From an uncultured Gemmatimonadaceae bacterium (GTDB lineage: Bacteria; Gemmatimonadota; Gemmatimonadetes; Gemmatimonadales; GWC2-71-9): a stretch of DNA of 64,000 nucleotides. Position 1 is the first letter of the stretch, and each line of letters starts with the position of its first letter. The notes beneath the pieces are model-generated. The model did not search any database. It saw only the letters and a list, made by a program, of their open reading frames with translations, and was not told the origin of the DNA. Both the position numbers and the translations under genes were made by a program. The DNA is taken from assembly GCA_964578865.1 (NCBI GenBank), contig CAZOES010000004.1, positions 12,362-76,361 of the forward strand, given 5' to 3'. This document shows, piece by piece, positions 1 through 9,289 of the stretch.

Positions 1-17
1 ATCAAGGAGCCACGCTG

Positions 18-455
18 ATGGCTATCTTCTCCACTCCCCCGGCGAAGGGGAGCCGTCCCGATTCTCCCCGCCGGAGCGATCCCGCGGGACTGACCATCAT
101 CGCCGCCGGCACCACCATCGTCGGCGACATTGGCAGCGAAGGCGTTGTCAAAGTCGAAGGCACGGTCCAAGGCACCGTCCGGGCTCAAACCCAGATCCTG
201 GTCGCCCCGGGCGCCCTGATCCGCGGCGACGTGTTTGCCCCCGAGATCGTGGCCGGTGGTGAGATCCACGGCTCGGTCCACGCGGACGAGCGGGTGGAAA
301 TCCAGGCCGGGGCAATGATCGATGGCGACATCCAGACACAGCGCCTGCACATCGCCGAGGGTGGCAAGGTTAACGGACAGATCAGTATGGAACCGTCGGG
401 CGAACGGGCGGCGGGCGAACGGGAGTCCCTTTCCGGCGCCTCACAAAGCAGCTGA
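18..455 (+). CDS. bactofilin-family polymer-forming cytoskeletal protein
   Basis: 145-aa ORF with an AAGGAG Shine-Dalgarno at 4-9. Disordered tails flank a repetitive beta-helix-like core (VVKVEGTVQGTVRA..ILVAPGALIRGDVFAPEIVAGGEIHGSVHA..VEIQAGAMIDGDIQTQRLHIAEGGKVNG) typical of DUF583/bactofilin. Confidence 0.8.
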   Translation: MAIFSTPPAKGSRPDSPRRSDPAGLTIIAAGTTIVGDIGSEGVVKVEGTVQGTVRAQTQILVAPGALIRGDVFAPEIVAGGEIHGSVHADERVEIQAGAMIDGDIQTQRLHIAEGGKVNGQISMEPSGERAAGERESLSGASQSS

Positions 456-479
456 AGGTCGACTTCCCACAATAGTTGA

Positions 480-516
480 AAACTTCGGCTCTGGTGTGGA
501 TATAGAGCCGAAGTTT
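480..516 (+). terminator. stem-loop after the bactofilin gene (candidate intrinsic terminator)
   Basis: Perfect 13-bp inverted repeat AAACTTCGGCTCT (480-492) / AGAGCCGAAGTTT (504-516) with an 11-nt loop, 25 nt after the stop. The T-tail is weak (TGCTGTT). Confidence 0.5.
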
Positions 517-563
517 GCTGTTACAGGCGCCACTAACTGCCTCCTCACTGTCGAGTTGCTCCC

Positions 564-1544
564 GTGATACTGCTTCGAAAGGCGACCGCTGCGGCGGCCG
601 TGATCGCCATTGTCAGCTGTGGCGGGTCCCGTGTGCCAAAAGAGCCGGTCGGATTTCAGGTTGGGCTGGTGACCCCTGGCTCAATCGCAGATGCGGCCTG
701 GAACTCAGGGGCTTACAAAGGCCTGGAGGAGATTCGGGACAGCCTCAATGTGACCGTTAGCCAGGTGGAGGCGCACACCCCTTCAGAGCAGGAGGAGGCG
801 CTCCGAAGTTACGCCGCTAAGGGCTTCGACTTGGTCTTCGGACACGGGTTCGAGTTCCAAGGCTCCGCCGAACGGGTATCGGCTCAGTATCCCAGGACGG
901 TCTTCGTCATTACTTCAGGGGAAAAGGTCGCCAATAACGTTTCGCCTCTGATCTTCCGCCTGAAAGAGGCCAGCTACCTGGCGGGGATTGTGGCCGGCGG
1001 GATGACCAGGACCAACGTGATCGGCTTCGTGGGTGGAATTGAGCTGCCACCTATCAAAGAAGCGGAAGAGGCCTGGGTGGCAGGGGCCAAGTCGATCAAC
1101 CCGAAGGTCACTGCTCGGTCCACCTACCTGAACACCTTCGATGACGTTGCGGCCGGCCGGGAAGCGGCGCTCGCCTTGATGCAGGCCGGTGCGGACATGT
1201 TCCACCACAATGCCGATCAAGCCGGGCTGGGCGTCTTCCAGGCGGTGAAGGACTCGAAGAGCTCATTCATCTTCGGAGCCAATTCGGATCAAAGCGCGCT
1301 CGCTCCCGAGCGGGTGGTAGGTTCGGCAGTGATCGACCTGCCCCGGGCGATTCTCGAGGTAGCTCGCGAAGTCAAAGCCGGCGGGTTCAAACCGAAGGTG
1401 GAATCGTTCGGGCTCAAGAGCGGGGTGATCCGCTACGTGCCTAACCCTGCCCTCGAGTCCCAAATCCCCGCGGCGGTGCAGCAGCGTCTCAAGGCTGCCG
1501 CTGATTCGCTGATTGCGGCTGACGGGGTTGCGTCGACCCAGTGA
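564..1544 (+). CDS. BMP-family (Med/PnrA-like) ABC transporter substrate-binding lipoprotein
   Basis: GTG start. Lipobox-like signal MILLRKATAAAAVIAIVSC. Core GLVTPGSIADAAWNSGAYKGLEEI..AKGFDLVFGHGFEF resembles basic-membrane-protein family binders. It sits upstream of matching ATPase and permease genes. Confidence 0.85.
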   Translation: MILLRKATAAAAVIAIVSCGGSRVPKEPVGFQVGLVTPGSIADAAWNSGAYKGLEEIRDSLNVTVSQVEAHTPSEQEEALRSYAAKGFDLVFGHGFEFQGSAERVSAQYPRTVFVITSGEKVANNVSPLIFRLKEASYLAGIVAGGMTRTNVIGFVGGIELPPIKEAEEAWVAGAKSINPKVTARSTYLNTFDDVAAGREAALALMQAGADMFHHNADQAGLGVFQAVKDSKSSFIFGANSDQSALAPERVVGSAVIDLPRAILEVAREVKAGGFKPKVESFGLKSGVIRYVPNPALESQIPAAVQQRLKAAADSLIAADGVASTQ

Positions 1545-2326
1545 GTACCAGCGTCTCACTCCGTGAAGTGGTCTCCTACCTGGATGAATACCTCCGGCCC
1601 AGGGAGACGCCGGATGATCCCAATGCCCTGAACGGACTTCAGGTGGAAAACAGCGGAATCGTCACTCGATTGGTGGCTGCGGTCGACGCCTCTCTCGCGA
1701 CGATTGAAGGGCTGCCCGCTAACTCACCCGGTACACTCCTCCTGGTTCATCACGGCCTCTTCTGGGATGGCAACCAGCCAGTCGCCGGAAGACGCTACCG
1801 GAAGCTGCGAGCCTTGCTGGAGCGTGATGCCGCGGTCTACGGGTCCCATATCCCCCTCGATCTCCATCCTGACGTCGGTAACAACGCGGTGCTGGCCCGC
1901 AAACTAGGGCTCACGGCGATTGAATCCTTCGGGCTGCACAAAGGTGTGGCGATCGGAATCGCCGGTGCCGCTCCGAAAGAGCTGAACCGGCGAGAGGCGA
2001 TAGCTCCTGCCCTGGCAAAGTTGCTGGCGATTCAACCAGAGCAGATCAAACTCATTGCCGGGGGCCGGGAAACTGTCGGGAAGATTGGAGTGATCACCGG
2101 GGCGGCAGGCAGCGCCATCGGCCAGGCCCACGCGGCCGGCTGCGACACTTATATCACCGGCGAAGGTCCCCACCACACCTACTTCGACGCCACCGAGCTC
2201 GGTGTCAACGTGTTCTACGCCGGGCACTATGCCACGGAGACCATCGGGGTCCAGGCGCTGGCCGAGCACCTGAGCGACCGCTATCGCCTGCCCTGGGAGT
2301 TTCACCACCACCCTACCGGGCTCTAA
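1541..2326 (+). CDS. Nif3-like dinuclear metal center protein (GTP cyclohydrolase 1 type 2 homolog family)
   Basis: 261 aa. GTG start overlaps the upstream stop (GTGA). Motifs LLLVHHGLFW, YGSHIPLD, ITGEGPHHTYFDA and YAGHYATE are characteristic of NIF3/YbgI proteins. Confidence 0.85.
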   Translation: MSTSVSLREVVSYLDEYLRPRETPDDPNALNGLQVENSGIVTRLVAAVDASLATIEGLPANSPGTLLLVHHGLFWDGNQPVAGRRYRKLRALLERDAAVYGSHIPLDLHPDVGNNAVLARKLGLTAIESFGLHKGVAIGIAGAAPKELNRREAIAPALAKLLAIQPEQIKLIAGGRETVGKIGVITGAAGSAIGQAHAAGCDTYITGEGPHHTYFDATELGVNVFYAGHYATETIGVQALAEHLSDRYRLPWEFHHHPTGL

Positions 2327-2366
2327 CCCGGCCGCAGTTTCGGGACGCCCGATATAGCTTCAGGGT

Positions 2367-3824
2367 ATGGCGTCCACACTCGCTCTCCGCGGTATCTCCA
2401 GAAAATTCGGGTCGATCCAGGCACTGAGCGAAGTGGAATTCACTCTCGAGCAGGGGGAGATTCACGCCTTGCTGGGCGAGAACGGTGCCGGCAAGTCGAC
2501 CCTGATGAAGATCGCCTACGGCTTGATCCAACCTGACAGTGGCCGGATCGAGATCGGTGGCACCCCTGCCGTCGTCAGAAATCCCACCGACGCCCGACGG
2601 CTCGGTCTGGGGATGGTGCACCAGCATTTCACCTCGATCCCCGCATTCACTGTGGCAGAGAATGTGGCGCTGGCGGGCGGATGGAGGGTAAGCCCACGGG
2701 CGGCCGAGGCGAGAGTGCGTCAGCTGGCGGCCGAAACCGGATTCGCTCTCGATCCCACTTTGCGAGTGGCGGATCTTTCCGCCGGCCTCAAGCAGAGGCT
2801 CGAGGTCCTGAAGGCCCTGGCCGCGGAGGCGAAAGTTCTGCTGCTCGATGAGCCCACGTCGGTGCTTTCTCCCCCCGACGCTGACGCTCTGCTGGAGCAG
2901 GTTGGTGAGTTCCGCAGGAGGGGCGTTTCAACGGTACTGATCACGCACAAGTTGCGAGAGGCGATTGAGGTGGCCGACCGGGTGACGGTACTGCGGCGCG
3001 GCCGGGTGGTGTTTAGCGGGGCGGTGAAGGGGAATTCGGCCGAGTCGCTGGCGAGGCATATGCTGGGGGAATCACCGGCTACATCTATGCCCGGACGGGG
3101 GACAGCTGCCTCGAGTCAAACGCTGGGACGACTGACCAATCTCTCGGTGGGGCGTATTGGATCGAGCGGGAGTGGTCTTCACGAGGCAACGCTCCAGCTC
3201 CTGGCGGGAGAGGTTGTTGGGGTTGCAGCCGTGGAGGGGAATGGGCAACGCGAGTTGTTCCGGGCCTTTGCCGGCCTGGCAAAGCCAATATCGGGCCGGG
3301 TTGAGTTGTTCGGCAAAGTCGCTTTCGTTCCGGAAGATCGTAGCGCCGAAGCGGTGATCGGGGAGTTCTCCCTGACCGAGAATCTGGTCCTGAGTCAGGC
3401 TGCTTCGGCCGAGTGGATCCGCTGGCCGTGGATCAACTGGGAGAAGGCGCGAGTGCGGGCCGGTGAGCTGATCGAGGGCTTTCAAGTGCGGGCCAGCGGC
3501 GCGGAAGCGAGAGCGGCGTCATTAAGCGGAGGCAACCAGCAGCGAATGGTGATCGCCGAGGCGCTGGAGAGGAAGCCGGCGGTACTGCTGGCAGAGAATC
3601 CTACTCGCGGCCTCGACTTCAAAGCGACTCAGGACATCATGGACCGCTTGAGACAGGCGGCCGGCTCGGGGATGGCCGTATTAGTTCACCTGCCAGACCT
3701 GGATGACCTGCTGGAGATCGCCACACGAGTGGTGGTGCTCAACCAGGGACGGCTCATCGAAATGTCTCCCGGTTCCACCCGCGACCAGATCGGCCGTCGG
3801 ATGCTGGGTGTGGGAACCGCTTGA
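2367..3824 (+). CDS. ABC transporter ATP-binding protein with two fused ATPase domains
   Basis: Walker A GENGAGKST, signature LSAGLKQRLEV, Walker B LLLDEPTS. The second half has a degenerate P-loop (VEGNGQRELF) and signature LSGGNQQRMVI. This architecture is typical of BMP/sugar-type importers. Confidence 0.9.
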   Translation: MASTLALRGISRKFGSIQALSEVEFTLEQGEIHALLGENGAGKSTLMKIAYGLIQPDSGRIEIGGTPAVVRNPTDARRLGLGMVHQHFTSIPAFTVAENVALAGGWRVSPRAAEARVRQLAAETGFALDPTLRVADLSAGLKQRLEVLKALAAEAKVLLLDEPTSVLSPPDADALLEQVGEFRRRGVSTVLITHKLREAIEVADRVTVLRRGRVVFSGAVKGNSAESLARHMLGESPATSMPGRGTAASSQTLGRLTNLSVGRIGSSGSGLHEATLQLLAGEVVGVAAVEGNGQRELFRAFAGLAKPISGRVELFGKVAFVPEDRSAEAVIGEFSLTENLVLSQAASAEWIRWPWINWEKARVRAGELIEGFQVRASGAEARAASLSGGNQQRMVIAEALERKPAVLLAENPTRGLDFKATQDIMDRLRQAAGSGMAVLVHLPDLDDLLEIATRVVVLNQGRLIEMSPGSTRDQIGRRMLGVGTA

Positions 3825-4873
3825 GCGAAGGCCGCCGGGTCGCCGCCGGCTGGTTCGCATGGACCCCGATGGCGGCCGTGCTCGCCGGGGTCGCGGTTCT
3901 GGCATTTGCTCTCTGGGTCGCGGGCTACGATGCGGGAGCCGCGCTCGACGCCCTATGGCGAGGAGCGTTCGGATCGTCCGACGCAATTCTCTCAGCGCTG
4001 CTTCCCCGGGCCATTCCACTGATCACAATCGGGCTGGGCATCGGCCTGGCCTTTCGGGCCGGTGCGCTGAACATCGGGGCTGAAGGGCAGTTCTACGTCG
4101 GAGCGATCGCCGCGACCTGGATCGGGCTGATGCTGGGCCAGTGGCCCCGGGCCCTGGCAATCCCGGTGGTACTGGGTGCTTCACTCGCAGCCGGTCTGCT
4201 CTGGGCATCGGTACCAGCATTCCTGCGGATTCGATTCGGAGTGCTGGAGGTGATCAGTACCCTGTTGCTCAACTTCGTGGCGGAAGCACTGGTAAGCTGG
4301 ATGGTACAGGGACCACTGCAGGAGTCCCGGCACATCTATCCCCAGAGCGACATGCTTCCGATGGCGTCGCGTCTTCCCATTCTCCCGGGCACCAGGCTTC
4401 ATCTCGGCTTTGGTCTCGCCCTGCTGCTGGCGGTTGGGCTGTGGGTCTTCTTCCGTCGCACTCTTCCCGGATTTCAGCTCAGGGCTACCGGTACAAACCC
4501 CGTCGCTGCCTCGGTCATGGGGGGAGTGGACACCGCCAAGGTGTTCGCCCTGGCTCTGGGGGCATCGGGCGCGCTGGCCGGATTGGCCGGAGGTTTCGAG
4601 GTCAGCGGAACCAGCTTTGCCCTGTTTCAGAGTCTCTCGCCAGGATACGGCTTCACTGCCATTGCCGTGGCCCTCTTGGCCCGGCTCGACCCACTGGCAA
4701 CGATCGGGACCGGGCTGCTCTTCGCTGCGCTGGAGGCGGGATCGAGCGCCATGCAGCGTGAGGCGGGGGTACCGGCTGTGGTGGTCTGGGTTGCCGAGGC
4801 GGTGATCATCATCTCGGTGTTGCTGGCCGACGCCTGGCGCCGCCGGAGAATCCCGGCGGAAGTGGGGACCTGA
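3821..4873 (+). CDS. ABC transporter permease (BMP/ribose-type)
   Basis: 350-aa polytopic hydrophobic ORF. Its start overlaps the ATPase stop. The sequence is Gly/Ala/Leu-rich TM segments throughout. Confidence 0.85.
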   Translation: MSEGRRVAAGWFAWTPMAAVLAGVAVLAFALWVAGYDAGAALDALWRGAFGSSDAILSALLPRAIPLITIGLGIGLAFRAGALNIGAEGQFYVGAIAATWIGLMLGQWPRALAIPVVLGASLAAGLLWASVPAFLRIRFGVLEVISTLLLNFVAEALVSWMVQGPLQESRHIYPQSDMLPMASRLPILPGTRLHLGFGLALLLAVGLWVFFRRTLPGFQLRATGTNPVAASVMGGVDTAKVFALALGASGALAGLAGGFEVSGTSFALFQSLSPGYGFTAIAVALLARLDPLATIGTGLLFAALEAGSSAMQREAGVPAVVVWVAEAVIIISVLLADAWRRRRIPAEVGT

Positions 4874-5791
4874 ATGGACGCCGAGCTGCTCACTGCATTT
4901 CTCGCGTCGGCCGTGCGGGTGGCGACTCCGCTGTTACTGGCGGCCCTGGGTGAGACCATGGCCGAGCGGGGCGGGGTGATCAATCTCGGGATTGAAGGTG
5001 CGATGCTGGCCGGAGCACTGGCGGCGGCGATCGGCTCGAGTGGCGGGGGTGTGTGGTCCGGTGCGGCAATAGCGCTGCTGACTGGAATGGCCGTCGCACT
5101 GCTGTTCGGGCTGATTGCGGTGAAGGCCAGAGCCGACCAGATCATCACCGGCACGGCGATCACGCTCGCCGCCGTCGGTCTCACCGGAGCCATTTATCGG
5201 AGGGCGTTCGGACCGGCTGGTGTCGGATTATCGTTGCCGACCTTTGCCGCGCTGCCGGTCCCTGGGCTATCAAAGATCCCGGTAGTCGGACCGGCGCTGT
5301 TCGACCAAAGCGTGCTGACCTACCTGGCCTATCTATTGGTTCCCCTGCTCTGGTGGGTGCTGTTCCGCACCCGCTGGGGTTTGGAACTGCGTGCGGCGGG
5401 AGAATCAGCGTCAGACAGCAAGGCCGCTGGAGTACAGGTCGACCGGGTAAGGCTGGGAGGCGTGCTGATCGGCGGAGGGCTTGCCGGTCTCGCTGGTGCG
5501 AGTCTGGTTCTGGCTCAAGTGGGAACCTTCGCCGAGAAGATGACGGCGGGGCGAGGATTCATTGCCATTGCGATTGTGGTTCTGGGAGCATGGCATCCGG
5601 TGCGGGTACTTGGGGCCGCATTGTTCTTCGGGGCAGCGATGGCGCTGCAGTTCCTGTTTCAGTCGCTGGGGCTGGGGATCCCGTATCAACTCTTTCTGAT
5701 GCTGCCTTACCTGCTGACACTGGCGGTTTTGGCGGGAGCCTGGGGGAGAACGACTGCCCCGGCGGACCTGGGAAAATCCGATGGGGGGTGA
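4874..5791 (+). CDS. ABC transporter permease (second subunit)
   Basis: 305-aa polytopic ORF starting 1 nt after the previous stop. It is paralogous in style to 3821-4873. Confidence 0.85.
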   Translation: MDAELLTAFLASAVRVATPLLLAALGETMAERGGVINLGIEGAMLAGALAAAIGSSGGGVWSGAAIALLTGMAVALLFGLIAVKARADQIITGTAITLAAVGLTGAIYRRAFGPAGVGLSLPTFAALPVPGLSKIPVVGPALFDQSVLTYLAYLLVPLLWWVLFRTRWGLELRAAGESASDSKAAGVQVDRVRLGGVLIGGGLAGLAGASLVLAQVGTFAEKMTAGRGFIAIAIVVLGAWHPVRVLGAALFFGAAMALQFLFQSLGLGIPYQLFLMLPYLLTLAVLAGAWGRTTAPADLGKSDGG

Positions 5792-5800
5792 GTTTCATTT

Positions 5801-5858
5801 TCACCGCCAAGGCCGCGAAGAACGCGAAAGGTCTTTGTGCCTTTGTGTCTTGCGGTGC
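5801..5858. repeat. intergenic palindromic repeat, family B (CACCGC..AAG / CTTGCGGTG)
   Basis: TCACCGCCAAGGCCGCGAAGAACGCGAAAGG...CCTTTGTGTCTTGCGGTG lies between convergent genes. The arms are imperfectly complementary. It is related in design to 53343-53416. Confidence 0.5.
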
Positions 5859-5865
5859 AAGCCAG

Positions 5866-6606
5866 CTAGGGCTGGACCAATCGCATTTGTTCGCGCTCGG
5901 CGAGGATCAAGTTCCGAACTCGCTCGGTCAGGGCCGGCACGTCCTTAGTGGTGAGGCCTTCGGTTTCGATCGGATCCAACACCCGGACTTCCGCGTTTGA
6001 CTTTCCAAAGCGCCAACCGTGCTTGGGCAGGGCAGTGCGAGTTCCGAGTACGACTACGGGAAGGATGGGAACTTTGGAATCGATGGCCAGCCGAAAGGCC
6101 CCTTCCTTGAACGGAAGCAGGTCGTCGGTTTCCGAGCGAGTACCCTCGGGAAACATCATGACGCTCACCCTCTGTTCCAGCACTTCCTGACAGCGGCGCA
6201 TCGCCTTGAGAGCGCTCTTTCGGGTGCCTCGTTCCACCGGCACATCGCCGGCCAGCACCATATCCCATCCGAGCACCGGAATTCGGAGGATTTCCACCTT
6301 CGACAGCCACTTCATTTCCCAGGGGAGATGGCTGATCAGCAGAATGTCGACGAACGATTCGTGGTTCGATACGACGACATAGGGCCGGCGAGGATCCTTG
6401 GGCATGATCCCGGTCACCCGAAAACGCCAGAGCGGATTGAGGGTAGCGGAGATGACGCCGATCTGACGGAAAAGGTAGCCGACCCAATAGCGGCCCTTAT
6501 CGAAGGGAGCCGTCAGCAGCCGGGTAATGGCCATCAGGGGGAGCCAGAGGATGAGGCAGGCTCCCAGCACAAACCACGACCAGATGGAAACGAGAGTGAT
6601 ATACAT
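5866..6606 (-). CDS. 1-acyl-sn-glycerol-3-phosphate acyltransferase family (PlsC-like lysophospholipid acyltransferase)
   Basis: N-terminal TM segment, HX4D box VVSNHESFVDILLI, and FPEGTRS box (MMFPEGTRSE). Confidence 0.85.
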   Translation of the reverse strand: MYITLVSIWSWFVLGACLILWLPLMAITRLLTAPFDKGRYWVGYLFRQIGVISATLNPLWRFRVTGIMPKDPRRPYVVVSNHESFVDILLISHLPWEMKWLSKVEILRIPVLGWDMVLAGDVPVERGTRKSALKAMRRCQEVLEQRVSVMMFPEGTRSETDDLLPFKEGAFRLAIDSKVPILPVVVLGTRTALPKHGWRFGKSNAEVRVLDPIETEGLTTKDVPALTERVRNLILAEREQMRLVQP

Positions 6607-6966
6607 CTATTCGGGAATCTGGTCGTCCCAGAGCGCGAAGATGTTGCCGTCAGGATCGGCGATCATCGCCATTACGCCAAACGCCTGCCTGGTAGGCTCG
6701 GCGATAAAACGTACGCCCCGCTGATGGAGCCGCTCGCAGTAGTCGAGGATACCCTCGATATGGAGGGTGATACCGGTGTGGCGCCCGACCAGGGCGCGGG
6801 ACTCGGGGTGAATGGCGGGATGAACACCGAGATGAGTGGCACCATCGAGAAACTCGGCGCCGAATGAACCCTCCTTGGTCATCGGCAACTCGAGGTCTTC
6901 GTGATAGAACTTCTTGGCGCGGTCGATGTCGGTGACGAAGACCGCGATCGAGTACAGGCTGGGCAT
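6607..6966 (-). CDS. VOC/glyoxalase-family protein
   Basis: The ORF track gives 6607-7008 (GTG). I prefer the ATG at 6966 (MPSLYSIAVFVTDIDRAKKFY...), which matches the usual VOC N-terminus and avoids overlapping the queG stop. The stop abuts the acyltransferase start. Confidence 0.75.
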   Translation of the reverse strand: MPSLYSIAVFVTDIDRAKKFYHEDLELPMTKEGSFGAEFLDGATHLGVHPAIHPESRALVGRHTGITLHIEGILDYCERLHQRGVRFIAEPTRQAFGVMAMIADPDGNIFALWDDQIPE

Positions 6967-6982
6967 GGGGCTATAAACTAAC

Positions 6983-7014
6983 GTCGTGGGTCGTGGGTCG
7001 TGGGTCACGGGTCA
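6983..7014. repeat. tandem heptamer repeat GTCGTGG x3 plus degenerate copies
   Basis: GTCGTGG GTCGTGG GTCGTGG GTCACGG GTCA read directly. It straddles the queG stop codon (7005-7007) and the short leader of the VOC gene. Confidence 0.9.
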
Positions 7015-7946
7015 AGGGATTCCCAGGCTGCCTTCCAGTTGCGGCGCATGCGTTCGAGACCGGGACGGGCGAGGGCGGTATCGGCGAACCGGCTCTCGAA
7101 CTCCCCTGGATTCATCTCGTCAAACAAGTCGGTTCGATCTCGTCCCTCGATCTCTCGGGGACGAAACGCCTCAATTCTCGAGTCCTCCGCGAAGCGTTGA
7201 TTCCAGGGACAAACCTCGTTGCAGATGTCGCAACCGAAACTCCAACCCTCCAGCTTGGGAATCAGCTCTGCCGGAATGGGCCCCTTCTGTTCGATTGTGA
7301 GGTAGGAGATACACAGACGGGCATCGAGCACTCGCGAGTCCGGAAAGGCGCCGGTGGGGCACGCTTCAAGGCATCGAGTACAGGAACCGCAGTGATCGGT
7401 CACTACCGGCGAGTCAATCGAGAGCTCCAGGTCGGTGAGAACCGCCCCGATGAAGAACCAGGAGCCCAAGCCCGGTCGGATCAGCATGGTGTTCTTGCCG
7501 ATCCACCCAAGTCCGGCTCGCTGGGCCAGTTCTCGCTCGGGAATCGGGCCGGTGTCGACGTAAGGCCGCGCGGTGATTGCTCCGTGGTCGGTGAGAAACG
7601 CAGCCAACTGCTCTACCCGGGTGAGGGTTACTCGATGGTAGTCTTCCCCGCGGGCATACCGGGCGATCCGAGGTGCTGGGACCGCCTGGCTGTCGGCGTC
7701 TGTCTTGTAGTAGTAGCTATCCAGAATAACCACCGCTCGCCGCGCGTCGGGGTCGGCCAGCCGAGGATCTCTTCGTTTCTTCGCCTGCCGGTGGATGTAT
7801 CTCATGTTGCCGCCGTAGCCAGCCTTCAGCCAATGATCGAACTCAGTGACATGAGGGACCGGGTCGAGCGTGGTGATGCCGCACGCGACAAAGCCGAGGC
7901 GTTGGGCCTCGGCTTTCACCATCGCGGAGGTAATGCAGTCCGTCAC
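7005..7946 (-). CDS. queG: tRNA epoxyqueuosine(34) reductase
   Basis: 313 aa. Two ferredoxin-type clusters, CGSCTRCLEACPTGAF and FGCDICNEVCPWN, plus GWIGKNTMLI. The start overlaps the ndh stop. Confidence 0.88.
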   Translation of the reverse strand: MTDCITSAMVKAEAQRLGFVACGITTLDPVPHVTEFDHWLKAGYGGNMRYIHRQAKKRRDPRLADPDARRAVVILDSYYYKTDADSQAVPAPRIARYARGEDYHRVTLTRVEQLAAFLTDHGAITARPYVDTGPIPERELAQRAGLGWIGKNTMLIRPGLGSWFFIGAVLTDLELSIDSPVVTDHCGSCTRCLEACPTGAFPDSRVLDARLCISYLTIEQKGPIPAELIPKLEGWSFGCDICNEVCPWNQRFAEDSRIEAFRPREIEGRDRTDLFDEMNPGEFESRFADTALARPGLERMRRNWKAAWESLDP

Positions 7947-9289
7947 TTGACCGTGTTCGGAGGCGGCAAGGCGGGAGTGCGATGCTCCCCGCTGGTCGAC
8001 ATCAACTTCAGGCGACTTTCCCCCGGCTTGGCGATGGCCCAGCTCCAGGTGATTAACCGGGCACCCCGCTCATATGTGAGATAAGAGTAGGCCCACTCCA
8101 TCAGCACGATGATCCGGTTGCGGAAGCCGATCAGGAAAAAGATGTGGACGAAAATCCAGATCAGCCAAGCCAGGAATCCACCAAAGTGCAGGTGCCAGAT
8201 ATCTGCGACTGCGTGACCACGGCCAATAACTGCGAGCTGACCCTTGTCCCAGTAGGAGAACGGCCGGCGCGGCCTTCCGGCGAGATCGTTTCTTAGAGCC
8301 TTGGCGGTGTACTGGCCCATCTGAATCGCCACGGGGCAGATGCCGGGCAGAGTTCCGTAGGCCTTGTCGGCGAAGGCCGCGGCATCTCCCAGGACGAACA
8401 CCTCGGGATGACCGGGGATAGTGCAGTCGGGCTCTACCAGCACTCTTCCGGCGCGATCGAGGGGAACACCGAGAGTCCGCGTGAGGGGACTGGCCACGTT
8501 GCCGGCAGCCCAGATCACGGTACGGGTGGGCATGGTCCAACCGCCAGCCACGACGTAGCTGGGAGTGATGTCGGTGACCAGAGTCTGAAGACGGACTTCG
8601 ACACCGAGACGGCGCAACTCGAGCTTGGCCTTCTCGGAGAGGTCTTCGGGATAGCTGTTGAGAAGGCGGTTGCCGCCTTCGAGGAGCATGACCGTCGCCT
8701 CGCGGGGATCGATGTGGCGAAAATCGCGGCGAAGGGCGTAACGCCGGATCTCGGCGAGTGCGCCGGCCACCTCCACTCCGGTCGGGCCACCACCAACGAC
8801 AACAAACGTGAGATGGGCGTGCCGCTTTACCGGATCGGACTCGCGCTCGGCGCGCTCAAAGGAGAGCAGCACGCGACGGCGAATCTCTTCGGCGTCCTCC
8901 AGACTCTTGAGTCCCGGCGCGTAGGGCTCCCAGTCGTCGCGGCCGAAGTATGAATGTCGCGCGCCGGTGGCCAGGATCAGGTAGTCGTAACTGATACTAC
9001 CACCATCTGCCAAGCCAACCGTTCGCTCGGCCGGCTTGAGGTCCACGACTTCGCCGAGCAGAACCTCGGCGTTCGACTGCTGGCGCAGAATCGAGCGAAT
9101 CGGCGAGGCGATGTCAGAAGGAGAAAGCGCCGCAGTCGCCACCTGGTAGAGCATGGGCTGAAAGAGGTGGTGATTCTGCCGGTCGATCACCGTGATCCTG
9201 ACCGACGCATCGGCCAGACCCTTGGCGGCATAGAGACCGGCGAACCCGCCGCCGACGATGACGACGTGGGGCACTTTGGGGTCGGTCAT
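7943..9289 (-). CDS. ndh: type II NADH dehydrogenase (NDH-2) / FAD-dependent pyridine nucleotide-disulfide oxidoreductase
   Basis: Two dinucleotide folds, VVIVGGGFAGLYAAK and FVVVGGGPTGVEVAG. A C-terminal hydrophobic tail is typical of membrane-associated NDH-2. Confidence 0.85.
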   Translation of the reverse strand: MTDPKVPHVVIVGGGFAGLYAAKGLADASVRITVIDRQNHHLFQPMLYQVATAALSPSDIASPIRSILRQQSNAEVLLGEVVDLKPAERTVGLADGGSISYDYLILATGARHSYFGRDDWEPYAPGLKSLEDAEEIRRRVLLSFERAERESDPVKRHAHLTFVVVGGGPTGVEVAGALAEIRRYALRRDFRHIDPREATVMLLEGGNRLLNSYPEDLSEKAKLELRRLGVEVRLQTLVTDITPSYVVAGGWTMPTRTVIWAAGNVASPLTRTLGVPLDRAGRVLVEPDCTIPGHPEVFVLGDAAAFADKAYGTLPGICPVAIQMGQYTAKALRNDLAGRPRRPFSYWDKGQLAVIGRGHAVADIWHLHFGGFLAWLIWIFVHIFFLIGFRNRIIVLMEWAYSYLTYERGARLITWSWAIAKPGESRLKLMSTSGEHRTPALPPPNTVK

